Source: Rhizophagus irregularis | Taxonomy: Eukaryota | Direction of reading: 5' to 3' | DNA length: 64,000 nucleotides | Assembly (NCBI RefSeq): GCF_026210795.1 | Contig: NC_089431.1 | Location: 4,898,001-4,962,000 of the forward strand | Part shown: positions 1 through 15,116 of the stretch, piece after piece | Layout of the letters: every line of letters starts with the position of its first letter | How positions within the stretch are numbered: the first letter of the stretch is position 1 | Made by a program: the position numbers and the translations under genes | Notes under the pieces: model-generated | Told to the model about the DNA's origin: nothing | Seen by the model: only the letters and a program-made list of their open reading frames with translations | Database searches by the model: none

Positions 1-2481
1 AAAATTATTTCAACATTTATAATAATAAGATTTCATACATAAAATTTCCTAGCTTATAATTTACTATCTAATAAATTTTAAGTTATTAGTAAATATGCAG
101 TATAGCTTTCAACTTTTTCTTTTTTTTGGTTATAAACTTTTAATGAATCTATAATAAAATAAAAAAATTCTAGAGTTAGAAAATTAAATAATATAAGTAA
201 TAAAATAAGGGAATTAAAGGATAATATAAAAAGAAAAACTATAATCAATATGTGTGATAAGAAAGTTAAAGTTGATAAAAATGAATTGATAACTTGGGAT
301 AATAATAATAGCGTAATTTATAGCATGTAAGAAGAAAATAGCAAAATAAAAAAATTATCATAATATTGTGTTACATTTGATATCTATAGCAGAAGATAAG
401 GATGAAAATTCACCTAGTTTGGAATTGTGTGGAGATTGTAATTTAAATATAAGTAAATTAAATGATAAGAGAAAGAAAAGTAATTTATTTAGAGAATAAA
501 GAAAATAAGATTATTAATTATAGGAAAGAAATGGAAATATAATAATTTGTGTAAAATGTTACGTAAGATTAATAATGAAGAAGTTTAATATGAAAATTGA
601 TGTAATTTGATTATTTGATAAATGGGAATGGAGAAAAATTATTGAAATTAAAAAATTAATTCTAGAGATGATAAAATAGTTTGTTATGTAATGGTTTCAG
701 TGTGTAAGATATCAGGATCTGATTAATGATAAAAGAATAAAATTTTTCAACGCTATAATTAATATAAGAAATTAATATGATAGAGGAATCTTGCTTGGAA
801 TAATTATAAATTTATTGGTGGTAAAAAATATATAACAATTTATTTGTTAACCAAAAAAAGAAGATGGGATTACATCAATAAAACAAAAAAAAATTCCATA
901 TTATTAAGGAAATAGGTTTAATGATAAACCACATAATTTTGAATGATTATGTCTTGTTTTAGAAGAAAAATATTGTATATGGGAATTGTAGAAATCGGGT
1001 CAAGAGAAAAACAAATAGTTAATGTGTAGAAAATTAGGATATTATTGCTAAAAGTATACTTCAAATCAAAAAAATGAACAAATCGATGAGTTATTATGAA
1101 AGAACATACAAGATTAAAAATCTATTAAAAGAATTATCTACGTACAGTATTTATCTAATAAAATTTATGCCCAAGATGTGAATCAAATATAGAAGATTGG
1201 AGGCACATACAGATTTGCAGATAATGAATATACAAAATTGGATATAACGATAATGATTAAAACAATTATAGAATAAAAACTATGTATATTGAAAGATTGC
1301 TCAAAAACAATCTGTAATATAAGTTGAAAACAATTGTAAGAAATCATTTGAAATTAATCACACATGGTTTGTTTAATAGAAAATTTGAAAAATTAGCATA
1401 AATTAATCCTTGTTGCAATGCAACATTTACAGCTAGTTAAAAAATATTAAAATATCAAATTAATAAGCTTTAAAAATAGAGATGTGAAAAACACAATTTT
1501 AGGAGAGTTCTGATCTAGATCTGTATTGGTCAGATTTTTAGCATTTATATTCTGACCAGACCAAGTTTTAATTAGGTAATGAATTTATACTTCTAAAGAC
1601 TAAAATAAGATTGCTGATTATTACATTAGAATTATACAAATTATTATTTTTAATAATCCTTCAGAACTAGAAATAGAATCATGTAACAGAAAATCTTTTG
1701 CTGCAATTCTATGCCAGAATTACACGAGTAAAAATCTTTTTCAAAACTTGAAATAGGTTTTTTGGCCACAAGATCGAAAATCTTTAGAAGTTTTTTCAAC
1801 TGGATACTTGAATTATGTAAATCAATTTTCTATAAACTTGAAATATACTACTGAATATCTTTCAGAATTGCACGAATAAAAATCTTCTACAAAACATGAA
1901 TATGCTACGATTTCTCTATTAAAATCACATAGCTGAAAATATTTACTAGTCTCAAAATTTTTTTCATAATAGCTTCTAATCTAAACCACATCGTGGCAAC
2001 CGTGGCAACAATCTAATTAATTTACAATAATATACGATTTTGTTAAATTCCCATATATATCATTTAACTTTATTTGTAATAGTTTGTCTTTTTATTCCTT
2101 TATTTTTTTTTTGATTTATTGCCAAAATCGGAATCGGCTTAACGGATTAAATCTCCATTTGATCTAACCATAGATAGATAAACCGATCCTCGAGGTGAAA
2201 AAAAGAAATTTATATGTAAATTTATATTACAATGAAAATGGAAATTATAGTCCGAGGCGAAAGACATAATAAATCAATCAACGTGAAAATTTGGTTAGCA
2301 TTTTGTGAAATATGAATCATATAACGTTTTTTAGTGGAAATATTCAAATTTTATTTCGCCGAAAAAATCATACAATAAAAAAATAAATAAATAAATAAAA
2401 TAAAAACATTATTAAATCTTCTTTAACATTTAATACAAAAACTATATAAAGTTTACTTTTTTTTTTTTATAATCATGTTTT

Positions 2482-4254
2482 TTATAATCTGTTACCTAGA
2501 ATTCCATATTTATTTGTACTTATGGTTCTGCAATTAGATGTTTGTAATCTATAGTAATCATTTATAGCTTTTTGATTTCCTTGCTTGGCAGATTGGTCAA
2601 ACCAATAAATTGCTGCACTTTCATTTTCTAATTCTTTTTCACTCATAATTCCAATAGTGTACTGAGCTAAGCTATTTCCTCTATTTCCTGCTTCCTCATA
2701 GTATTTATAAGCTTTTTCCTTATCAATCATAGTTGCAATTCCTAAATAATTAAAATCTCCGAGTACAAGAAGAGAGTTTGCTTCAACTTGATTATTTGAT
2801 AGCCAGTCAAAAATTTTTTCTGGAGTCATATGATGCTCTTTAATGTAATCAAGAATTTTCTGCTTTTTATTTTGATCATATACAGTTTCATCAAGAGCAG
2901 ATATTCCATCGACTATATCTTTCTCAGATTTTTGCTTATAAAAGCTAGTTTGAGGTGCCTCTACTCTTATTGTATTATTATAGATATTATTATTGAAACT
3001 TTTGGATAAATTGTCATGTGATGATAAATTATTACCGATAATAGGAGGTGTCCAAACATGTTTTGTAGTTATATTATATTTCGTCATAATTGCTTCTAAT
3101 CTAGTAACTACAGTTTGAATAGTTGGACGATCATCTGGTTCAAGTTTCCAACAATCTATAAATTAACAATATCATCAATGTTATTAATAATATTTTAAAT
3201 CATACAGTAATTAAGCTTTTAAATTATATTTACCAGTATAAAGATTTTCATAGTCCTTAGGTGTTTTAGGAATAGGTGTTTCTCTAAGACCTTTCGAAAT
3301 CTTAATCGGTAATACAAATTGATTAGACATATCTTTAAAAGGTGGGCGACAACTTGATATTTCCCATAGAAGTACACCAATACTATAAACATCGCTCTTT
3401 TTGTTCAGAGAGTATGAATCAGTTACGAATTTTTTCGGATCAATATAAGGAACTACACCATATTGTTTTGATGATTTTGAGTCATTAATCATTTTTGATA
3501 ATCCAAAATCAGCCAATTTGATTGTATTTTGATGGACTAACACGTTGCAGGAGTGCTATTAATTAATAATAAATAAATGACTGAATTAAAATTATAAATA
3601 CATAATGCATATAAATAAATGAATTACCAAATCACGATGAATAATATTCTCATCATGTAAACATGATACACCACTAGCTAATTGATACGCCATTTTGAGT
3701 TTATCATTCCAAGTAAGATTATTAATATTTTTTTCTAAATAATTTCGAAGTGTACCACTATCGGCATATTCCATTACCAACATATAACGTTTAATTGAAC
3801 CAGAATTTTGATTATCTTTTTTAAAAGAAAATAAATGTTTTAATTTATAATTTTCATATTAAAATTTCATATAAAACAAATATTAGAATTATTATACTTA
3901 GTGTAACACCAAGAAATTTTATAATATTATCATTAAAATGTACTTCACGCTGAATTTTAAGCTATAAAATAATAAAGAAGAAATTTTTAATTAGAAAATG
4001 AATCTATTATAAAAACAAAATATACTTTTATGTTATAATGTAATCACCTCGGAAACAATTTTTTCAGCTGTAGAGTCGTTAAGAGATTTTAGTGCTAAAG
4101 TATTACGAGAATTTTTCCAGTTCGCTCGATAAACCATTCCGAAGCCTCCGGATCCAATTTCTTTAATGTTAAGAAAGTTTTTATGATCATAATATTTAAT
4201 ATATTTTTTTTCAATAGCATCTTCAATCCAATTTAACCAGACTTTTTTAGACAT
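2482..4254 (-). CDS. TKL-family protein kinase with C-terminal Sel1-like repeats, 5 exons (approx. 4254-4048, 3961-3898, 3815-3629, 3555-3235, 3155-2482)
   Basis: Spliced motifs IGSGGFGMVY, ALKSL, HRDL|HSCNVL, DFGLSK, SDVYSIGVLLWE and CWKLEPDDRP. Sel1 motifs AYKYYEEAGNRGNSLAQY and AIYWFDQSAKQGN. GT-AG introns visible; inner boundaries are approximate. Confidence 0.9.
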
Positions 4255-6118
4255 TTTTTATGAAATGTTTTAAATTTTTTTAAAAAACGTAAGTTTATAA
4301 AACTTTATTCAATCGGAAAAATTATTCCCAAAGTGAATGTTGATCATTGGGATTACAAAACCGTATATGGTTTTTTATGTATGGAATGTATTGGTTTTAC
4401 ATATACAATATAATAAAATAAGGTAATATAATAAATAATATCAATCGGATCTTATGATAAAGATGATAGCGACTTTCATTTTTAGGTTTCCATTTAGAGA
4501 CGTTAATGAGCGGAATATAAAATTTCATCCTAACCCGATTTGACAATTTTACACATATCCAAAATTGATTGTCATAAGGTTTTATGCCGATCGAGAAATC
4601 GTTACTTTATTTTATTCATTTTATGACGTAATAGATTTTGTTATTATAATCTAATATGTAATAAATATATATTATATAAAAATTTAATTGTGAAAATTTT
4701 TGATAAACTCATAACTTGCATGAATTCATTATAAAAGAGTTATTGATGAGGATTTTATTCTTTTTCTCACAAATATAGACAGTCATTAAACACATTATAT
4801 AGACAAATAGGTATATTGAACTTTCCGCTTTACTATGTTCGTATAGCAAGTGCGCCCTAGGTAAACATAATTTCCAGTATCATAACCGAAAAAAAAGAAA
4901 ATATAAAAATATTTTTAGTGCTGCTAAACCCAACAGATGTCCATTTAATCGGATTATATCCTCGCTACTTCCATTTATTAAATATTAATACCAATTATGG
5001 TTCCGTTAAATCAAATTTAAATATTAATAAAAACCTTAATAATATATTGAATAATAATGTAATATTAAAATTTATATTTTAAAAAGAGAAATTATTAATC
5101 TTAGTGTAAATATTCAAGAAAGGAATTAAAAGTCCAATATTGATATAAATTCTTAAATAGTTACAAATAGTTTTTGGTTTTCGGTATATATTAATGGTCA
5201 ATACAATATAAGTTCCTTGAATGAGAAAATTAAAATTGAAAAAGGTCTTGACATTATTAGTCAAAAAAAATGAGAATATAAGTAACTTAAATAATTAAAC
5301 ATTAATTGTAAGATAAATGTTAAATCAAAATCGTGGTGATAACGTGATCATCGCGTGTTATCCATAATTTTTATTCTAGAAATTTCCATAATTTTCTTAA
5401 ATTTTCTTTTGTATACCGTATTTTTTTTTTTTGGACATTTTTTAACATGTTCCCAATAAGTGTAATTGAAAGATTTTCTGGAATTATAGAAAATTTTGGT
5501 AAACTAAATACATTATCCGGTTCATTGAATTCCAATACAATATTTTTGAGAAGATTCAAAACTACAAAATTGAGTTCCAAAGTTAGTTTCCCTGTTGTAT
5601 CGCTGCTGATGTGTGCTGGTCCTGTAGATTAAGCCTAGGACAAAAAAGCCCCTTTACACGAATGATACGAATGATGATGTAAGGTTCGGCTAAGCTTTTC
5701 TTAATTCTTCTCGATATAATAAGATATGTATAAATTCTGATTTTGCTTATATAATTCAGAATAATGTTCAATTATTGAAATTCATACATATAAATTTAAT
5801 AGACTATATAAGAAAATATACAAAATATCGTTACCAAAGCTAAGTTAAGTAGAAATAGCCAATTTTACCAAGTACCAACAATAATAAAGTTTTCATTATA
5901 TAAAATTATCATTGTTTTCCTAGCAATACTGATAATCCACCTCAGGAATTAACAAATTATGTCGATCATTTATAACGCTGGTCGTAAATTCGACTATTTT
6001 AAATTTATCAACGATCTGCAGTGATTTTCATTCCATTCATTCCTGATATAAAAACCATTGCCAAAATGGGATTTGTTTTTTTTTTTCATTTCTTTCATTG
6101 AAAATAAAAAAATTTATA

Positions 6119-7626
6119 ATGGTCGATTATGAACTTTTACCAAACTTATCTGAAAATTTACTTGGAACTTTAAACAATAATAATGAATATCATGATATTA
6201 TAATTGAAGTTGGAAACGACCCTAACGTAAAAACATTTCGTGCTCATATGATTATTTTAAATTGTCGTTCTCCTTATTTGCAAAGAATATTATCAACTAA
6301 TAAAAAGAGTGATGATGGGGCTTTGGTACATATTAAATTAACAGATATTTCTCCTGATAATTTTGATATAATCTTAAAGTAAGTAAGATAAAATTAAATT
6401 ATATAGTATAATGAACGATATCATTTAATAAATATATTTATAATTTAACAAACTTGTTATTGTTTTTTAGATATATTTATGGAGGGAGGCTTTCTTTGAA
6501 AGAATATGATACTTCAGTTATCATTAAAATCTTGGTTGTTGCCAGTAAACTTGGTCTCAAAGAATTAACTCCATATTTGGAATCTTTTTTGATTGAAAAT
6601 AAAGGAAACTGGATGGAGCAAAATTTTAATATTATATATCAAACGAGCTTTGATGATGACTCTTTTTCGCAACTTCAAAAATATTGTAATGATCTAATTT
6701 CTAAAGATCCAAGTAAGATTTTTAATTCTCCAAACTTTTCCACAATTCCAGAAAAACTTTTGGTTTCGCTTATTCAAAATAAAAATGCTCAAATGAGAGT
6801 AGTACAAATTTGGGAACATGTGATTAAATGGGGTCTTGCACAGAATCCAGAACTTCCCTCCAATACTAAAGAATTTACAAAAGATCAATTCATAGCTTTA
6901 GAGAATACCTTAAAAAATATTATTCCTTTAATTAAATTCCGTGAAATGAATTCTAAAGAATTTTCGAAAAAAGTAAAACCTTTTAGAAAGATTCTATCAG
7001 AGGATTCATTCGATGATTTATTAGATTATTTTTTGGATAGTGATAACGAGAAATCAGAACCTAGTACTTCTAAAGAGATTAGTGAAACAAATATTGATTC
7101 TAAGATCATTACACTTCAACAAGCTGAATTAATCTCAAAATGGATCGATAAATCAGATGAATCAACAACTTCATACAAATTCAAGTTATTATATCGTGGA
7201 TCTCATGAAACAATTGACGGATTTGATGCATTTAAAGAATTCCATGAAAAATGTGATAATAAATCTCGTACTGTGACAATTATTAAAGTGAAAAACGGTA
7301 ACGAAATTTTTGGAGGTTATAATCCAATTGAATGGAAATCTAATGGTTATGGTATTACTAAAGATAGTTTTATATTCTGTTTTAAGAATAATAATAATAT
7401 TCAGAGTCATGTAGTGGATGAAAAGAATGCTGTATATAATAGTTATTACGTCGGTCCATCATTTGGTAATTGTGATCTGTATTTATACCATAGTATTGAA
7501 GGTGGATTGGGATTTTCTTGTAAAAAAAGTTCTTATGAAAAACAAATTAGAGAAACTGAAGAATTATGTTTTGTAGAAGAATTTGAAGTATTTCAAATTA
7601 TGTTAAATTTACCTATTTTGTCATAA
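6119..7626 (+). CDS. BTB/POZ-BACK-TLDc domain protein, 2 exons (6119-6378, 6471-7626)
   Basis: BTB motif FRAHMIILNCRSPYL, BACK-like IWEHVIKWG, TLDc motifs FKLLYRGS, GGYNP, SFIF, GPSFG and FEVFQ. Intron 6379-6470 is GT..AG. Confidence 0.92.
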
Positions 7627-8889
7627 TTTTTATAGCGTGAAATTTTTAGAACTTTTAATCTTTTCTTTTTGTTTTTTTGTCTTTTATTTTGAATAAAGAA
7701 AATCTGTAAGAATATTATTGAATAACTGTGTGGAGAGATATTTACTATTAAATTTATTACTATTAGGAAAAAAGAAAAGAAAATCTATTCTTTATTGATC
7801 TTGTTCGAAGGCTTTATGGACGTTTATGATCAACTTATTATAATACATGCAAAAAGGGTTAGAAAGAGCAAATAATACTAATCTGATGATCCAACATATT
7901 AATAAAACATGTTAATTTTTTTTTTAATAAATAAAAGTTCCACGCAGTTTTTCTGAAAGTAACAAAAAGCGCGATTATAAATATTAAAATGAAGAAATGC
8001 ATAATTTTATCTTTTTCCCATCTTTACTCAAATGTTTTTCTGCATCTCTTATCATGTTGTAAGCAAACTATCCATATTAAATAATTCAAGTTTATTTTTT
8101 ATATAGGATAATTCAGACTTTATCGACTTTATCTCACAACTATAAAATAATTAAATTATCGACATATACCGAGTAGTGTACCACGAAATGTCTAAATTTA
8201 ATTTAGGTACTATAATATGTATTCACAAATGACTACCAATATTTAACAAAATGTAAATACTTAAAAGAATTGTTAAATGAACAAAAAAAATTAATCGATC
8301 AAATAGATTAAATAGATCAAATAGATCATTTTGATCATTTTGATAATTTGACCTATGTGGTGACAAACGCGTCTACTATGTTATTATTATAACGCGACTG
8401 TTTCAAATTCCGAGTGGCTAATTATTATTATTGATTACATTACGTAAAAGATCAACAAAATAAATTAAATAAATAGACTATTTTTTTTTTTACTTTTTAC
8501 TTTTTTTTACTTTTTTTACTCTTTTCGATGTTTAACTTTTTTTTCAACTTTTTTTCGAAGTTATTATTTACCATATTTATTATAAAAAGCCACCAACACT
8601 TTTTGACATATAACTTTTTAAAACAAGATACAAAAGCTCACTTTTCTAATACAAACATTATAGTAAATAATATTAATAGTTTTTATGAAAAATCTCCCTC
8701 TATAAACAAGAGAACTTTAATACAAAAAAAAAACATTTTTCAATATAAAAGAAATAAATATTGAAACAACAAAAATTCTCTATTACAATATCATTTCAAC
8801 TTTCCCTTTGGATATCAAGATACATTTTTAGATTTAATAGATTTTTTTATTAAAATGATATGGTATTTCTTTTGGACTTTCATTAGACT

Positions 8890-9650
8890 GGTAAGTGTAA
8901 GTTTACTGTGAATACAGAGTTCTTGGTGGGATTATCCTCTCCTCTGTTATGTTCAAATTCATTAGACAAAGAGTGATTCTAGCACAATGCACGGGTGTGT
9001 TGAGTTGTTCCCTCTCTGAAAGATGACCTCTAAGTCACTGAGTGTGAACTTTATGCTTACTTTGATTGTTATTAGCAATGTTTTGGATCTCTAATATCCG
9101 GATGTTGTTAATAATATTGCCTAGGATCTCACATTTTTTTTTATTCTTCTTATTAGGTTTTTGCAAGAAATTTGTTGGAGTTGAAATTAATTCAATAACA
9201 AATTCAGATATGCATTCTCATTTGATAGGTAAGTGTTGGTTTACTGTGAATGCAGAGTTCTTGGTGGGATTATCCTCTCCTCTGTTATGTTCAAATTCAT
9301 TAGACAAAGAGTGATTCTAGCACAATGCACGGGTGTGTTGAGTTGTTCCCTCTCTGAAAGATGACCTCTAAGTCACTGAGTGTGAACTTTATGCTTACTT
9401 TGATTGTTATTAGCAATGTTTTGGATCTCTAATATCCGGATGTTGTTAATAATATTGCCTAGGATCTCACATTTTTTTTATTCTTCTTATTAGGTTTTTG
9501 CAAGAAATTTGTTGGAGTTGAAATTAATTCAATAACAAATTCAGATATGCATTCTCATTTGATAGGTAAGTGTTGGTTTACTGTGAATGCAGAGTTCTTG
9601 GTGGGATTATCCTCTCCTCTGCTATGTTCAAATACTTTAGACATAGAGTA
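8890..9650 (+). repeat. Tandem direct repeat, ~338-bp period, ~2.3 copies
   Basis: ATTATCCTCTCCTCTG recurs at 8931, 9269 and 9606, and the intervening sequence is near-identical. Confidence 0.95.
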
Positions 9651-10822
9651 ATCTTTATGTAACTATGTAAACTTTATATTTAATTTAATATTGCTACCAT
9701 ATTTGCTTACATTTTTAATTCAAAGGTAATAATAATTTATCTTTATTTCAATAACATTTTTTTGGCAAAAAATACCTTAACCAATAAAAAATCTGTAAAG
9801 TTTTTTTTAAGATTCTTATAATATAATTTTTTTGCAGTTCAAGAATAAATATAAGATATAATCTAGGTAATTATTAAAAAAAATTAAATAGTACAGTGTG
9901 AGATAAAGCATCGTCCTTGTTAGCCGATCCCTGTTGCAGGAAAAATCATTGTATTCAGCTATGTTAGCCTGAAAATTACTAAGTGTGAATTAGAAATATT
10001 ATATTTTTTACATCAGTTGCTAATTATGCTGTTTCAAAAATTTCAAAATTTGTTAGAAAAGTTATTGAAGTTTCCTAAGTTCTTTTTTTCTTCAAAATAA
10101 ATTATCATCAAAATAAAATTTGCAATGTTTCCTAATGGAAAAAAAAATACTTATTTGATAATAAAATCTAACGTATTTTGGGTTATATTCACCAAAAATA
10201 TTACTTTTCCTATAAATATAACAACATTTAATTTAACTTTACAATTTATGAAATTTTTTAGGAATGAATCCATCTTTATTTCTCTATTTAATTTTGTATG
10301 GGAAGTATAAAATCTCTTAAAATACAAATTTATCAGATTTAAAAAATATTTTAGGTTTTTCACAATTTTTTTTAAGAAAATTATGAAAATTATTCAATAA
10401 ATCTGTAAATACCATGTTAATAAACTGTTTCAAGAATTCTTATAGGATCTTATTGCAAAATTTCATTTTAAATAATTTTGAATATAGTTTAATTCGATTT
10501 AAAGTGACTATTAGTGATAATGTAATAATTTGACTGATTTGAGCAAGTGTTGAAAACGTAAATGACCTCAATAACAAAAGATTCTTTAATTATTTTTATC
10601 CATTGCAAATATAACACTACCAGGATCACAGTCAAGTTTAAAGCGCGGGCCAAAAAAAGCCGGCTGTAATTTTACCCGAACCGGAATTACAAAATGATGT
10701 GATTATGACCCCATGCTGACTCGGGTAATAATGACGCAACTTGTTCGTTGATCATGTACTATTTTTATAAATTGTATTAAAAAAAAAAATTTTTTACAAT
10801 TTTCATTTCTTTCAAAATTATA

Positions 10823-12369
10823 ATGGTTGACAATAAACTTTTGCCAATATTATCGCAAAATTTCCTTGAAATTTTAAACGATGAAGAATATTATGATGTT
10901 ACAATTGAAGCCGGTTATGACCCTAATATGAAAGTATTTCGAGCTCATAAGGTTATTTTAAATTATCGTTCTCCTTATTTAAAAAAAATTTTGTCAACTA
11001 ATAAAAAGAAAAATGATGGAACCTTAACAAATATTAAATTACCTAATATTTTACCTGAAATTTTTAGTATAGTCTTAAGGTATGTAATAACTAATAACTA
11101 AGAAAGAAATTTAAAAATTAAAATAAAAAAAGTGATTGTTCATTAATATATATACATTTTTTTAATTTTACTTAATTTTTTAGATATATTTACGGAGGAA
11201 ATCTTTCTTTAGAAGAATATGAACCTTCAGACATTATTAAAATCTTAATTGCTGCCAACGAACTTAATCTTCAGGAATTAATCCCTTGTTTAGAATCCTT
11301 TTTAATTGGAAACAGTGCAAATTGGATTGAACAGAATTTTGATTTGATATTTAAAACAAGTTTTGAAAATGATCTTTCTGTAAAACTTCAAGAATATTGT
11401 ACTAATTTAATTTCAAACAATCCGAAAAAGTTATTTGAATCATTAAATGTCGTTTCAATTCCAGAAAATCTTTTGATATCACTTATTAAAAATGATAATC
11501 TTCAGATGAGCATTCATGTTTGGGATTATGTGATTAAATGGGGACTTGCTCAAAATCCCGAACTTTCCTCTGATCCTACAAGTTACTCAAGAAATGATTT
11601 TAATGCTTTAAAGAATACTTTACAACAATGTATACCTTTCATTAAATTCCATAATTTGACTTCTAAGGAGTTTTCAAAGAAGGTATTACCTTACAAAAAA
11701 ATCTTGCCAAAGGATTTGTATAACGAACTATTGGATGATTTTTTGAACAATGACAGGAAGCCAATTAAAAAGCCGACAACTAACGTTGAAAAGATTGAAG
11801 AAAACGGTATTAATTCTAGAATTATAACAACACAGCATGCTGAATTAATTTCAAAATGGATTAATGGTCAAAAATCCACAGACGAGTTAGAAATTTCATA
11901 TAACTTCAAATTATTATATCGCGAATCTGTTGATGGATTTGATAGATTTAAAAAATTCCATGAAATATGTGATAATCAATCACATACCGTAACAGTTATT
12001 AAAATAAGAGGTAGTAACGAAATTCTTGGAGGGTATAATCCAATTGAATGGAAATCTGATAATAGTTTTGGTATTACTAAAGATAGTTTTATATTCTCTT
12101 TTAGTCATGATTTTGGTAGTAACATTATTAATAATGTTTTAAGCCATGTGGACAATGAAGATAAAGCCATACATAATGGTTTATTTAATGGTCCATCATT
12201 TGGTGATGGTGATCTTCTTTTATTTAATGACTTTAGTTATGATTTGATGGTTAGGTGTACAAGTCAATCATATGAAAACCAGATCAAAAAACCATTAACT
12301 GATACTTTTGGGTTTATTCGTATAGAAAAATTTGAAGTGGATGAATTAGAAGTATTTAAAATTATATAA
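10823..12369 (+). CDS. BTB/POZ-BACK-TLDc domain protein, 2 exons (10823-11079, 11184-12369)
   Basis: FRAHKVILNYRSPYL, the same intron position as its paralogs (..LR|YIYGG), and TLDc motifs GGYNPIEW, GPSFG and LEVFK. Confidence 0.92.
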
Positions 12370-13344
12370 AGTTGAAATTTTTATGGATTTTGATTATTTA
12401 TTTAAAATCTTTCAAAGTAGTTTTAGTAAAAATTTGATAGTTTTTAAAAATTATATGTTACGTAGTGTATGATTCGGTTAGAAATCAATTTTTTCTATCA
12501 GTACGGTAGAAATTTTGATACTTTTTAATGTTTTAATGTCCATTCAAAACTAATCATTTCTCATAAGTTGTATTTTTATAGTTTAATAAATAATAAAATA
12601 AATTTAAATATCAATGATAACATTCAAAACGGATTTAGCTCGAATGTATCTTAAACCAATCTTTTAATTTTGTATATCTTCGATATGAAAATTTGCCTAT
12701 AATAAAATTAAGATCATTATTGTAACTAATTTACCGATAAATGAATTAATGTATGATGTAACATTATAGTATTATAGATTTTTATACGTCTAATAATAAA
12801 TATAATTCATTTTCATTTTTCTATGCCTGTTTTATGCCTGTTTCTTTTAAGTGTATATTCTAAATTTGAAAGTGTGATATACATGATAGTTTATTTTAGT
12901 ATTTTTTCAAACTGGGTCTAAGACTCTAAGTAGTTCGTTACTAGTGCGTTAAAAATTTGATATTATCCAATATTTTATTTTAAAAGTTAAAACATGACAT
13001 TTTATAATATTTAATTTGTAAATTTATATCTTACTCTGATTTTTTTTTTAAATAATTGCAATCTCATATTTTTAATCTTTTTATTTTATCCCAAGACTAA
13101 ACGCACATGAGATATAATAACCTTTCAATAGCATGATATCTGTCAACACAAATGTAACAAACACTTCAAATAGTTTAATATTGTTAGGTAATTGAATAAA
13201 ATAACGTATTTCAGGGACCAACAGATTTATTTATTACAAATCAATAAAAATAATAATATATAATTGATGCAACCTAGATTTATATTATTTCTAACAATTT
13301 AACTTTGTAAAAAATTATGAAATATTAGATTAGGATTCAATCAT

Positions 13345-13648
13345 CAGTCCTTAACAATTGAAATACTTCGAAATCTAATGAATAAGTAGCATATGGATCT
13401 GTTTTTCATAACGTTTATTATTACAAAAGATAAATAAGCGGTCAGACTTAACGTTAAACATAGATCTTTATTACCAAAAGATGGACCGTAATAGCGATTA
13501 TTACATATAGCTTTCGTTTAATAGCTTTCGTTTCATCACTTACATGACTTAAAATGTAATTCTCAATACCATTATTACTAAAAGAGAATATAAAACTATC
13601 TTCAGTTATACCAAAACTATTATCAGAATTCCATTCAAAGGATTATCG
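13345..13648 (-). pseudogene. Isolated TLDc C-terminal fragment of a BTB-TLDc paralog
   Basis: The reverse strand reads EWNSDNSFGITEDSFIFSFSNNGIENYILSHVSDETKA..ICNNRYYGPSFGNKDLC..YEKQI..FEVFQ, with frameshifts and a short duplication (ATAGCTTTCGTT twice). No upstream domains are present. Confidence 0.85.
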
Positions 13649-14029
13649 AAAAGTGCGGAAAAAACTGGGATCATTCCTTCCTGAACTTGGAATGGGGAAC
13701 GACTCACTCAGTCCATTCCAGTTCTATCTCATTAAAATTGTCCCTCCAAGACGAGTCTAACAGTAGTAGTCTCAAATCTTTAGGCATGATAGATATTAAG
13801 AAAATAAGCAAAACATCAAATAGTATATAATCCAAAATTAATATAGTATCTTAACCAGTTTGGCACTTAATAATATATTACTTTTTATGCACAGTTTAAA
13901 CATTTTTATAATACATTTCTTTAGAGCTTCTTTCAGTTTAACAAAGAGAAACACTTATTATATATGTGATTGGCTATTATAATTATTGATAATTTTATAG
14001 CAATTATTTATCAATGTGATTGTTTGAAA

Positions 14030-14390
14030 TGATGGTTATCAATTCATGATAAAACGTACATCTCTCTGCTCTTATAACTAACTCATATAGATTTGAAAGA
14101 GAAATATTTGATCCTGGATATTTACATATTGAATCTGAAATCATATCTAAACTCAAACATTTAATTGATGAACATTCACTAATAAACAGCTTATAAATTT
14201 TTTTCTTTAATAAATCTAATAAATCTTCATCTGGAATAACCTCATGAATATTATTAAGATATTTGCAAAATCTAACATAGAAAATTTATATAAAAATTTA
14301 ATTCTTTTTGAATTATCTGATAAATGTGAAATGATAATATTAATAATGAATCTTTTTTATGAACATATTTATAAGACTAACTCCAATCAT
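14030..14390 (-). pseudogene. Degenerate F-box/RNI-like (LRR) gene fragment
   Basis: Reverse-strand pieces such as SECSSIKCLSLDMISDSICKYPGSNISLSNLYELVI resemble Glomeromycotina RNI-like proteins. Frames are broken. Confidence 0.4.
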
Positions 14391-15116
14391 GATTTTATAC
14401 CAAAATTTGTTAACAAACAAACAAGAATGTAGCGATTTTTTTTAAAATTTTTTTCATTATTTAGATTAGTTATGTAATCTTGAAAAATAAAATAAAGTAT
14501 ATCACTATTTAATTTTGATTTTTTTTTTTTAGGAAATAAATAAATAAATTTTATTTTTCAGAAAAAAACTGTAATAAAAAGTTTCGGTAAAATTTTGACC
14601 TGAAAACTCACGTGATTTTTGATTGTGTCACTGTTGCACCTATAATGTAACATATTGCGACAACGTCAAAATACGAACTGTTAATTTTCCCTAATGAATA
14701 ATCTAGTTACATACTCCATAAGTTGTATACTAATTTCTTGATCATCAATTCAGAACTTAATAAATAAATGCGCTATAACATTAATTATGTATTACGGGAA
14801 CAAGTCAATTGCAATTTATTCTCAAACTTTCCTGCGTGGATTTTTGTGATACTATATATTTCTCCAAGATTAGTATTATTTTATTTTTTTTAATTTACTC
14901 CAAAATTTTGCAATAGATCCGAAATTACATCTAGTAAGTGTAATTGCAAAAATTGTAACATAGATATAGAAATGGAATGTGTGATAATTTATTTCAAAAA
15001 TAACAGAGGGTTGAAGCTATTTTATAACAAAAGTCTACAAATAATGAAATTAATGAACTAATATTCAAGATTTACGCACAATATGTACTGCGTTATGTCA
15101 TAAATTAGATTATTTA

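Noticed and set aside
200..1400. Purine-rich, coding-like stretch
   Set aside because: Many stops and no recognisable domain. It is probably a decayed element but cannot be assigned.
5371..5771. Short minus-strand ORFs
   Set aside because: No family motif recognised and no convincing gene structure.
6115..6121. TATAAT as a bacterial -10 box before BTB genes
   Set aside because: It overlaps the ATG of spliced eukaryotic genes and is start-codon context, not a sigma70 promoter.
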